From Candidatus Latescibacterota bacterium (GTDB lineage Bacteria; Latescibacterota; UBA2968; UBA8231), in contig CBDCXV010000001.1 in assembly GCA_965223905.1 (NCBI GenBank), positions 768,001-832,000 on the forward strand: a stretch of 64,000 bases of DNA, in the 5' to 3' direction. The position numbers and the translations under genes were made by a program. Below are positions 17,170 through 26,100 of the stretch, piece after piece. The notes beneath the pieces are model-generated. The model saw only the letters and a program-made list of their open reading frames with translations. It did not search any database and had not been told where the DNA came from. Numbering within the stretch: the first letter of the stretch is position 1; every line of letters begins with the position of its first letter.

Positions 17170-18249
17170 CTAGTCCACCTCGGGTCCGATCCTCAGGGAA
17201 TGCGTCTTCACCAGGCAGAAGACCTCCTGCCCGGGGGCGAGGCCGAGCTCGGCGACCGCCTCGGGGGTGACCTTGGCGGCCAGGCGCCGGCCGACGTCGA
17301 CGTAGACGAGGCGCGTGGCTCCGACGGCGCTGATCTCGGTCACCGTTCCCCGGAGGGCGTTGCGCACGCTCAACCCCTGCGGCCGGCTGCGGGCGAGAAT
17401 GACGTCGTCGGCGCGCAGACCGACGAAGAGGCGCGTCCCCGGCGGGCGGCCGCAGTGCGGGATGCGCAGCAGCTGCCCGCCGCAGCGGGCAAGGCAGGCG
17501 TCGCCCGTGCCTTCGCCGGGCAGGATCTCCACGGGCAGCACGTTCTCGAAGCCGAACTCGTCGACGAGGCGGAGCACCCGGGGGTCGCAGGCGACGCGGA
17601 AGAAATCGCCGTGGGCGACGACGCGGCCGCCGTCGAGGACGATCACCTGGCCGGTCAGCTCGAGGATCTCCGCGGCGGAATGGCTGACGTAGAGGATGGG
17701 GATGCCGAGGTCGGAGCGCACGTGGCGCAGGTAGGGGATGATGCGGCTCTTCAGTCCCCGGTCGAGCGAGGCCAGCGGCTCGTCCATCAGCAGCAGGCGC
17801 GGCGAGGACAGCAGGGCGCGCCCCAGGGCGACGCGCTGGCGCTCCCCGCCGGACAGGGTGGCCGGGAAGCGGTCGAGGAGGCCGCCGATCTCCAGCAGTT
17901 CGCAGATGCGCTCCGGCTCGAAACGGCGCTCTCCAAAGGGAAGCAGGTCGTAGCCGAAGCGGAGGTTGTCGCCGGCGCTCAGGTGCGGGAACAGCAGGTC
18001 CTCCTGGAAGACGTACCCCAGCCGGCGCGCTTCGGGCGGCCTGTCGATCCCGGCGGCGTCATCGAAGAGTACCTCTCCATCGAGCTCGATGCGGCCCCGG
18101 TCCGGGCGCATCAGTCCGGCGACCATGTTGAGAAGGGAGGTCTTGCCCGCTCCGGAGGGGCCGTAGATGGCGGTCACCGGGTAGCGGCACTCCACCTCGA
18201 CCTCGAGGTCGAACGCGGCCAGCCCGCGGTTAAGGCGCAGGGACAGCAT
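17170..18249 (-). CDS. modC: Molybdate ABC transporter ATP-binding protein
   Basis: GPSGAGKT, LSGGERQRVALGRALL, LLLMDEP, C-terminal TOBE 'SVRNALRG'. Confidence 0.93.
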   Translation of the reverse strand: MLSLRLNRGLAAFDLEVEVECRYPVTAIYGPSGAGKTSLLNMVAGLMRPDRGRIELDGEVLFDDAAGIDRPPEARRLGYVFQEDLLFPHLSAGDNLRFGYDLLPFGERRFEPERICELLEIGGLLDRFPATLSGGERQRVALGRALLSSPRLLLMDEPLASLDRGLKSRIIPYLRHVRSDLGIPILYVSHSAAEILELTGQVIVLDGGRVVAHGDFFRVACDPRVLRLVDEFGFENVLPVEILPGEGTGDACLARCGGQLLRIPHCGRPPGTRLFVGLRADDVILARSRPQGLSVRNALRGTVTEISAVGATRLVYVDVGRRLAAKVTPEAVAELGLAPGQEVFCLVKTHSLRIGPEVD

Positions 18250-18254
18250 CTCTC

Positions 18255-18929
18255 TCACCCTCGCCGGGCGCGCCGCGCCGCCCACTCGCTGGCCAGCAGC
18301 GCCGCCAGCGACACGGCGATGGAGATCCACACCAGCCGCATTGCCCGCCCTTCCCCCCCGGGCTGGTTGAGGTAGGTGTAGATGGCGGACGGGATCGTCC
18401 GCGTCTGTCCGGCGATGTTGGCGGCAAACGTGATGGTCGCCCCGAACTCGCCGAGGCTGCGGGCGAAGGCGAGCAGGGCGCCGACCCACAATCCCGGCGC
18501 CGCCAGGCGCAGGGTGACGGTGAAGAACACCCGCAACGGCCCGGCGCCGAGGGTGCGGGCGACCCCCTCCAGACGCGGCTCGACGTTCTCGATGGCGAGG
18601 CGTACGGCGCGCAGCGCCAGCGGGAAGCCGACCACTGCCGAGGCCAGGGCCGCCCCTTTCCAATCGAACGCCAAGCTCACCCCGGCGGCCTCGAGCAGCG
18701 GCCCGAAGAAGCCGCGGCGGCCGAACAGCAGCAGCAGGAGGTACCCGGTAACCACCGGAGGCAGCACCAGCGGCAGGTGGCAGAGCCCGTCGACGAGCAG
18801 CTTGCCGCGGAAGTCGCGGCGCGCCAGCAGCCACCCGAGGGCGGTGGCCGGGGGCAGGGTCAGGGCGACGCAGGCGAGGGCAACGCGCAGGGACAGCCCC
18901 AGTACCTGCAGTTCCTCCGGTTGGAACAT
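18255..18929 (-). CDS. modB: Molybdate ABC transporter permease
   Basis: 'LPLVLPPVVTGYLLL', 'FARSLGEFGATITFAANI.GQT.TIP'. Confidence 0.95.
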   Translation of the reverse strand: MFQPEELQVLGLSLRVALACVALTLPPATALGWLLARRDFRGKLLVDGLCHLPLVLPPVVTGYLLLLLFGRRGFFGPLLEAAGVSLAFDWKGAALASAVVGFPLALRAVRLAIENVEPRLEGVARTLGAGPLRVFFTVTLRLAAPGLWVGALLAFARSLGEFGATITFAANIAGQTRTIPSAIYTYLNQPGGEGRAMRLVWISIAVSLAALLASEWAARRARRG

Positions 18930-18934
18930 CGCCG

Positions 18935-19735
18935 TTACTCGGGGCGGGACGTGACCCGCGGCCGCGGCAGGACGGCAAAGCCGTGGCGCCGGAAGATCCG
19001 GGCCGCGGCCGGGGACAGCATGCGGGCCATGGCGGCGCGCACCTGCGGGGAATCCCTGCCGGCGACGACCGCGGCCGGATAGAGGATCGGCTCGTGCAGG
19101 CTGTCCGGGATCTCCGCGGCGACCTCGACCCGGTCGCTGGCCGCGGCGTCGGTGGTGTAGACGATCCCGGCGGAACAGGCGCCGCGCTCGACGAAGACCA
19201 GGGCCGCGCGCGCGTCCGGGGCCGGTGCCAGCCTGGGCTCGAGCCGCGACCACCAGCCGAGCCCGACGAGCGCCTGCTTCGCGTACATCCCCGCCGGTAC
19301 GTGGTCGGGGTCGCCGAGGGCCAGACGGCCGCTGAAGCTTCCGGGGAAATCGAAATCCCCGGCGATTTCCACAGAGTCGAGGCCGGATCCCGCCGGGGCG
19401 ACGACCGCCAGGCGGTTGGCGAGCAGGTCGACGCGGGTCGCCGTATCGATGCGGCCGCGCTGCTCGAGGAAATCCATCCAGGCGCGATTGGCCGACAGGA
19501 ACAGGTCGGCGGGAGCGCCGGCGTCGATCTGGCGCGCCAGCACGGAGGAAGCGGCGAACGAGAGGCTGACTTCGGTCCCGGCCTCGCCCTCAAAGACTTC
19601 GGCGGCAGCTGCCGTCAGGCTCGCCGCGGCGAAGACGGTGACCTCGGCGGCCGCCGGGGCGAAAGGGGTGATGGCCGCGGCAGCGGCAGCTGCCGCCCAT
19701 CGGCGCAGTGCCGGGACGGGCTGCCGGATGCGCAC
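18935..19735 (-). CDS. modA: Molybdate ABC transporter substrate-binding protein
   Basis: 'VFAAASL', 'FAASSVLARQI..GAPADLFLSAN', 'DPDHVPAG.YA', 'IVY.TDA', 'PILYP'. Start uncertain. Confidence 0.93.
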   Translation of the reverse strand: MRIRQPVPALRRWAAAAAAAAITPFAPAAAEVTVFAAASLTAAAAEVFEGEAGTEVSLSFAASSVLARQIDAGAPADLFLSANRAWMDFLEQRGRIDTATRVDLLANRLAVVAPAGSGLDSVEIAGDFDFPGSFSGRLALGDPDHVPAGMYAKQALVGLGWWSRLEPRLAPAPDARAALVFVERGACSAGIVYTTDAAASDRVEVAAEIPDSLHEPILYPAAVVAGRDSPQVRAAMARMLSPAAARIFRRHGFAVLPRPRVTSRPE

Positions 19736-20370
19736 ACTTGTCCCGGATCCGCAGCGGCCGGAGCGGACCCCCAGGTGCGCCCCCTCACCCCGTGGTTGGC
19801 AGGCACCGGAGCACCGGGTCTGCTTGCCGTCGGTGTTCGCAGTATCAAGGAATTCCTCGGGCCTGCAGGGGGCGCTTCCCGGGGCAGGACGGGGATCCGG
19901 AAATTCCCGGTTCCAAGCGGAAAGCCTCGGCGTTTCCGGCATTCCGGGCTTGCTGTAGCCCCTGGGAAGGCGTCTCATGCAGTTTGTCTCAAGAGTTCGC
20001 GGACGGTGCCGGGCTCCGCCCGATCAAGAGTCTGCCAACCCACATTCCGCGGCCGGGTCTTGCCGGTTTCCAGGGGAAACGGGTCGCAGCGTCGGTTGGC
20101 GGCCTGGGTTTGCGAAACCGGGCACGTGGGAAGGTCGCTTTGGAGGCGAGGCCGGGCAATCGGCCTCCGCTGCCCATCCCTTCCGGATGCAGCCCCCAAA
20201 GCAGGCGTCGGCCCTGATCGAGCATTACTCCTTCGCTTGGAGGATGACGGGAAACCCCGCCTGGCTGCTGGCCGCCTGCGCGTCAACCGCGCTTCAGGTG
20301 GTTTCGCCCTGAGGTGGGGACCGGACCGCTGCATGTGCTTCTCGCTGTCCCCGGCCGCGGCGGAGGTGCT

Positions 20371-21264
20371 TCAGGCGGGACGCCGCGAGGACTCCGCCTC
20401 GGCCCGTGCGCGGCGCACCACGTAGAGGTTGCTCGCCAGGATGACGGCCGCCCCTGCCAGGGTCCAGGCGTCGGGGAAGTCGCCGAAACCGATGAAGCCG
20501 ACGACGACCGCCCACATGAACAGGGAATAGACGAACGGCTGCAGCGCCGCGGCCTCGGCGTAGCGCAATGCCTTGATCAGCGAGAAATGGGCGGTGGCGC
20601 TGAGCGCGGCCACCAGCGCCAGCAGGCCCCAGTCGCCCGGAGCCGGCGGCAGCCAGTAGAAGGGGCCCGGCAGGCTGAGAACGATGGCGCCGGCCAGCCC
20701 TGCGTACAGCAGCGACGTCTCCGGCCGGTCGGTGCGGCTGGCGAGGCGGGTGAGCATCTGGTAGACCGCCCACAGCAGGGCGGCCAGCAGCGGGATGGCG
20801 GCCTCGGCGGTCATGGCGCCGGTTCCGGGACGGAGGATCAGCAGCACCCCGGCGAATCCGGCCGCGACCGCGAGCATCCGGTACAGGGAGACGCGCTCCC
20901 GCAGGAGCGGCGCCGACAGCAGGGTGACGATCAGGGGGGAGACCGCGGCCAGGGCGTGCACGTCGGCCAGGGGCAGGTGGATGAAGGCGATCACGAACGT
21001 GGCCTGCTCGGCGACGAGAACGAGGGAGCGGGCGACCTGAACGCCGCGCTGCCGGGAGGCGAGCGCCCTGCGGATCCCCATCCCCCGGGAGGCCAGGGCG
21101 GCGACGACGACGAGCAGCAGGTAGCGGACCCAGAGGATCTGCACGAAGGAGTAGGTCTTCGCCAGGTGCTTGTTGAGCCCGTCCATGACGGCGAAGAGCA
21201 GCATCGCCAGCAGCACGAGGGCGATACCCCGCAGCGCCATCCTCGGTCCGGTTTTCGGCGTCAC
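20371..21264 (-). CDS. DMT/EamA family transporter
   Basis: About 10 hydrophobic segments, 'LPLADV.AL...SPL', 'LRERV', 'GVLLILRPG', 'FGDFPD'. Start GTG 21264 or ATG 21240. Confidence 0.9.
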   Translation of the reverse strand: MTPKTGPRMALRGIALVLLAMLLFAVMDGLNKHLAKTYSFVQILWVRYLLLVVVAALASRGMGIRRALASRQRGVQVARSLVLVAEQATFVIAFIHLPLADVHALAAVSPLIVTLLSAPLLRERVSLYRMLAVAAGFAGVLLILRPGTGAMTAEAAIPLLAALLWAVYQMLTRLASRTDRPETSLLYAGLAGAIVLSLPGPFYWLPPAPGDWGLLALVAALSATAHFSLIKALRYAEAAALQPFVYSLFMWAVVVGFIGFGDFPDAWTLAGAAVILASNLYVVRRARAEAESSRRPA

Positions 21265-21603
21265 GGTTTTACACCGCCCTTCAGGCCGGGCCGCCGGCGC
21301 CAACGCAATCCATGGAAAGGCTGCCGCGGTCCCTTCCGTCCGCTGCAAACGGGGGCCGCAGGGATGTCCGGCACCCCGCAGTACCCGTGTGTGGGCGGCC
21401 GTTCTCGTGGACCCTCCGGGCTTCGGCGCCCCGTTCGAGCTGGCGCATCGAGAGCGTACCCCTTTGCCGGATCGCCACCGACCTGCATCCCTCGTCGTGC
21501 CGCGCTTCGCAAGCGACCTGTTGGCGCTTTGCGCAAAGACAGTGCCGGCAGGAGGGAGACGTCGGGAAGCCGCGGGCTCCCCGCCAGCGATGCCTTCCGA
21601 GGC

Positions 21604-22949
21604 TCATCCCCTCTTCCGGCCCGGCGCGGGGTCACTGGCTGCCGCGGTCGGATAGAAGGGCAGGAAGTCGGTGTTCGGTGTGATTCCGGTGACGTCGTCC
21701 CCGCGCCACTCGATACGGTACTCGACGCCGTCGGTCGTTTCCCTGATGGTCCGGGCGGGCAGGTCGTACTGCATTTGAACCGCCGTTCCCGCCTTCGCTT
21801 CGCCGGCGAAGAGGAAGCACCCGGTTCTGTCGAATCGGGCAGGCCGTGCGGGTGGCCATGCATGCCGCCGAAAGCGCCAAGCACTCTTTCGTCCAGGCGC
21901 GCGTGCTCGTCCCGGCCGTCCTCCGCCATCGGCGTCAGCCCGGGTTTTTCCGTGATCTGAGACGGCAGGATGCGGGCGCGCACGATCCGTTCGGCGTCGT
22001 CGAGAAACTCGCCGTACCCGAGCCTGGCCAGCCACAGCGCCAGCTGCGCCGCGTCGCCCGGGGAGGTGGTCTCGCCCCTGGTGTCGAGAGTCCAGTCGTG
22101 CGAGATGAAGCCCGATTCCTTGACGCTGGTCCGCACCGTCTCCCGATAGGTCCTGGCGATGCGTTCGATGTACTGGTGCTGCCTGGTCATGCAGCCGTAG
22201 AGCAGGAGCCCCCGGTAGGTGCCGAACAGCGAGTGCGTGTGCAGGTCCCCGGCTGCCGCTACGCTGCCGTCCGCACGGGTGATGTTGTCGTAGTGGAATT
22301 CCGCAAGGCGCGCGGCCAGCCGCATGGCGCCTGCGCAGCCGCTGACCTCGAAAAACTCGAGAAGGGCTTCGATGAGGCGGCCGTGGCTTTCGGTTCCGGT
22401 GAGCTCGCGGCAGCTCGCCTTTCCCGCTTCGGCCGGGTCGATCTCCACGCCGCCGCGGTGCGCCCGGTCGGCCATGGCCCCGCCATCCCAGGTTCCGTCC
22501 TCGTGGATGTAGCCGTCGAGGGCGGCGACCACGCGCCGGCCCTGCTCGAGCGCCCAGCGGCTGCCGCGGTAGCGGGCGAGGCAGGCGAGGGCGAGCAGGG
22601 ATTCCCGGTGCGAGTGGTCGTCGACCCACCCGGCCACCAGTTTCCAGTGGGACTGCGGCTGTGAGATCAGGAATCCGCAGACCGACAGGGGGTTGTCGAA
22701 CAGGCTCTCGAGGTGGCGGAGCATCACCGCCTCGGCCTCCGCGGGGATGGCGAAGCCGGTGGCGGCCTCGAGCCGCAGCAGGGCGTCCCACCAGCGGCCG
22801 ACGTTGTGCGACGGGTAGCTCATGTTGCAGGCGGCGCGCCCCCCGCGGTCGATTTCGACGTTCCAGAAGGGCATGCCGCCGTGCGCCGGGGAAAGCGTGT
22901 CGACCAGGTTCCGCCCCGCCAACTCCATCGCCTGCCTGAGGGTCAGCAT
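21604..22949 (-). pseudogene. (alpha/alpha)6 glycoside-hydrolase-like (GH127-like) protein, broken near 21825
   Basis: N-terminal frame 'HNVGRWWDALL...HGRLI...HTHS...GET...GDAAQLAL' switches near 21825 to another frame encoding 'YDLP...YRIEWRGDDVTGI..NTDFLPFYP'. An internal segment appears to be missing. Confidence 0.6.
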
Positions 22950-23172
22950 GCGTCATCTCCTTGAGAACGCGGGGGGCTGCATCCGCTCGGCGCCGCGGTC
23001 GCACCAAGCGTGGTCCGGTCCTGGTCGATCAGCAGCTCGGCGTCGAGGTTGTTGCATGCGTGGGAGTAGCTGGTGTTGATGACGCATGCCTTTCCCCCCT
23101 CTGCTCAACAGGGGTGGCGGCGATATCGTCGTCGCCGGGAATGGCGGAGCCGCCTTTTTCTCAGCCGATCTG

Positions 23173-24111
23173 CTATTGCAATACCGGCAGCAGGTAGGCG
23201 AGGGCGACGCTGACGGCGAGGCCGGCGAATATCTTGGCCAGATCGGAGAGCAGCAGCCGGGACACCTCCTGGCGGCTGCGGTGCTTCTCGTTCCAGGCGA
23301 TGGCGATCTCGCGTCCCGCCAGGAGGCCGACGAAAACCCAGGTGGTGCTCATCGGGAGGTGGCTGACCTCCTTGAACAGGTACAGCACGAGGCCGTAGAT
23401 CAGGTCGACGAACGTCGCCGAGCGGATGTCGGTGGTGTTCGTCTTCGTCAGCACCACCTTCTGGATGGCGCCGCCGTGGGAATAGAAGATGAAGCCGAGC
23501 AGGGCGAGCATGACGGCGATGGAGGCCGCGAGTCCTTCCGCGGACAGGGCCCGCGGCAGGAAGACGTATATATTGACCAGGTCCTGTACCAGCCACTGGG
23601 TCAAGAGGAAGCCGGTCGAGCACCATTGGGCCACGATCCACCAGGAGCTCGTCGGGCCATCCGTCCGGTTGAAGCGGGACTCGAGACTTCGGGTGACCAG
23701 TCTGTAAATGAGAATAGCAGCCACGAAGGCGGTCGCGTACCCCAACAGGGACTTGATCAGCATGCTCGGCAGCGCCTTCGGCGCGAAGAGCGTCAGGGTC
23801 ATGAAGGTGGTGCTGACCGGGATGCCACTACGGGTCAGCAGGAGCAGGGCGAAAGGGGGGACGCAGTAAATCCAGGAGAAGTGGTCCGGCTCCGGGATCG
23901 CCTGGAACCTGCCGTAGGAGACGTCGCCGTGAGCCGTCCACCCGTGCACGAGGACGGCCGTCATGATGCCGCCGGCGAAGAGCCAGAGCACCCACCACCG
24001 GCGATGGGAGTTGGAGCTGAGAAAGGTCCCCAGCGTCTGGATCGCGTCGTTGCCGACGATGGAATACGAACTGAGCAGGAAACCGACGACCATCAGTGGT
24101 TCCAGGGGCAT
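23173..24111 (-). CDS. Membrane protein distantly related to PiT phosphate/sulfate permeases
   Basis: 'YSIVGNDAIQTLGTF.SSN', 'GIPVSTT', 'PMSTTWVFVGLLAGRE' (PiT-like GxND and PVSTT repeats). Confidence 0.7.
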   Translation of the reverse strand: MPLEPLMVVGFLLSSYSIVGNDAIQTLGTFLSSNSHRRWWVLWLFAGGIMTAVLVHGWTAHGDVSYGRFQAIPEPDHFSWIYCVPPFALLLLTRSGIPVSTTFMTLTLFAPKALPSMLIKSLLGYATAFVAAILIYRLVTRSLESRFNRTDGPTSSWWIVAQWCSTGFLLTQWLVQDLVNIYVFLPRALSAEGLAASIAVMLALLGFIFYSHGGAIQKVVLTKTNTTDIRSATFVDLIYGLVLYLFKEVSHLPMSTTWVFVGLLAGREIAIAWNEKHRSRQEVSRLLLSDLAKIFAGLAVSVALAYLLPVLQ

Positions 24112-24203
24112 TCTCAATCCCTCCCGGGAGTCTTCGACAACAACTCCGATAAACGGTGTATACGGTGTATTTCGAACGGAGAAAAGATAGCGGGATCAGA
24201 AAA

Positions 24204-24896
24204 ATGGAGACTCATTCCGTACGGCGCCATTTGCGCGTTGAAATCGAGGCCTACGACAGGACCATCCGCGCCTTCATCCCCTCCTACGAGGAGATGCTGG
24301 AGCAGACCGCGGAGGCGGTTGCCGGCGCGAAACCGGGAAGGGTGATCGACCTCGGCGCCGGCACGGGCGCCCTGGCGCAGGCGGTGTTGCGGAGGTGCGA
24401 GGGAGCGAGGGTCCTCCTGATCGACGCCGATCCCGAGATGCTCGCCCAGGCGCGGGAGCGCCTGGCCCAATTCGGGGACCGGGTGCAGTACGCCGAGCGC
24501 CCCTTCCAGGGCCCGCTGTCCCCCTGCGACGTCGCAGTCGCCTCCCTGGCGCTGCACCATGTTCCCACGCTGGCGGAGAAACGGAAGATCTTCGGCGCGA
24601 TTCACGCCGCGCTGCCGCCGGGCGGCGTGTTCGTCAACGCGGATGTGACCATTCCTGCGGGGCGGTCGGCTCGCCGGGCGGAATACGAGACCTGGGCGGC
24701 CCACCTCGTCTCGTGCGGCATCCCCGAGGAGCGCGCCTGGGAACATTTCCGGGAGTGGTCCGGGGAAGACACCTACTTCCCTCTCGAGGAGGAGCTGGCG
24801 GCGCTGGGGGAGGCCGGTTTCGAGGCGGCCTGCCTGTGGCGTGCGGTACCGGTGACGTTGATGAGAGCCGCCAAGCCGGCACAAGTGAGCCGCTGA
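24204..24896 (+). CDS. Class I SAM-dependent methyltransferase
   Basis: 'VIDLGAGTG', 'IDADPEML', 'SLALHH', 'LPPGGVFVNAD'. Confidence 0.9.
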   Translation: METHSVRRHLRVEIEAYDRTIRAFIPSYEEMLEQTAEAVAGAKPGRVIDLGAGTGALAQAVLRRCEGARVLLIDADPEMLAQARERLAQFGDRVQYAERPFQGPLSPCDVAVASLALHHVPTLAEKRKIFGAIHAALPPGGVFVNADVTIPAGRSARRAEYETWAAHLVSCGIPEERAWEHFREWSGEDTYFPLEEELAALGEAGFEAACLWRAVPVTLMRAAKPAQVSR

Positions 24897-25017
24897 ACAG
24901 GGAGGCCCGGGGCAATTCCGACTTCATCCCGGCCGGTCTCAGGGTCAGCCGGGCGGCAGACCGGTGGCGCATCCATATGGCGGCCTCAACCAGGGCAGAA
25001 CTCGTAAAGCTCAATCC

Positions 25018-26019
25018 CTACGGCCGCGGCAGGACAACGAACCCGACCGAATCGACCGAGGCCGAGCCGAACAGCCCGATCCCCCCTTCCACCTCGAAGA
25101 AGGGCCGCTCGAAGTTTTCGCCGGCCAGCCCCCCGAAGCCGCCCTGCTCCTGCTGGTCGGGGCTGGTGCGGGCGTACTCGAACCAGTTGTAGTCCAGGGC
25201 GAACACCTTTATCAGGGAGCGCCCGGTGAACGCCACGGCGAACCAGGGCCAGCGCACGACCCCGTCCCTGATCGCCAGGGGAGGGGACTGGTTGGCCCGC
25301 AGGTCGTCGATATCCTCGTCGCGAAATTCCTCGATATCCTCGTCGACAATGGTCGGTTCTTCTTCCAGGGCGAAGATCGCCGCCTGGTACGCCTCCACTT
25401 CCACGGTTTCCAGGTAAATCTCGAGCAGGCCCTCCAGGTAGGTGAGCTGATTCTCCGGCGCCGTGAAAACTTCCTCTCCGGCCTCGGCAAAGGACTTGAG
25501 AGTCCGCAGGATCTCCCCGGTTTCCTCGTCGATCAGCACCGCCCTCCGCACCCGCACCCGGCCGGGGGTGGTCGTGCTCGCCCCGACGCTCTTGTCGCCG
25601 ACCTCGACTTCCAACCGGTACTCGGTAAGGGCCTCCACCCGGGGCGCTTCCGGGGGCGGCAGGTAGCGCCCCGGCTCAGCCGGGTCGGAGGCGTACTCGA
25701 AGACCTGGTCCCCCTGGAGGACGCGCACCCGGGCGTCGGTCAACCCCATTGCCTCACGGCTGTAGGTGCTGTGGGTCGGGCGCACCAGGCGTCCGGTCGA
25801 GTCGATGTCGGCCGGGTCGAAGACATAGCTGGAATCGAGGCGGACGGCCTCGGCCAGGGGCAGGGCGCGCCGCACGAACAGCTCGGGCAGGGCCTGGTCG
25901 ACAAGCAGCACCCCGTCGACCACCACCTCGGTTTCCTCTTCCACCGATCCGTAGAGGTCCCAGGGCTGGCGCTCGGAGGCGCAGGCCGTCAGGCACAGGA
26001 GGATGAAAAGGCGGCGCAT
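25018..26019 (-). CDS. DUF4249-like lipoprotein partner of TonB receptor
   Basis: Lipobox LTAC, 'VVVDGVL', 'EPGRY', 'EYRLEV', 'VEGGIGLFGS'. Directly downstream of the TBDR. Confidence 0.75.
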   Translation of the reverse strand: MRRLFILLCLTACASERQPWDLYGSVEEETEVVVDGVLLVDQALPELFVRRALPLAEAVRLDSSYVFDPADIDSTGRLVRPTHSTYSREAMGLTDARVRVLQGDQVFEYASDPAEPGRYLPPPEAPRVEALTEYRLEVEVGDKSVGASTTTPGRVRVRRAVLIDEETGEILRTLKSFAEAGEEVFTAPENQLTYLEGLLEIYLETVEVEAYQAAIFALEEEPTIVDEDIEEFRDEDIDDLRANQSPPLAIRDGVVRWPWFAVAFTGRSLIKVFALDYNWFEYARTSPDQQEQGGFGGLAGENFERPFFEVEGGIGLFGSASVDSVGFVVLPRP

Positions 26020-26100
26020 CGTTCCTTTAGCCCGCCTGGGTCGGATTCCATGCGGACGTAGAATGCGGAAAAGGTTGGGAAAGGGGCACATCGGGAGACC

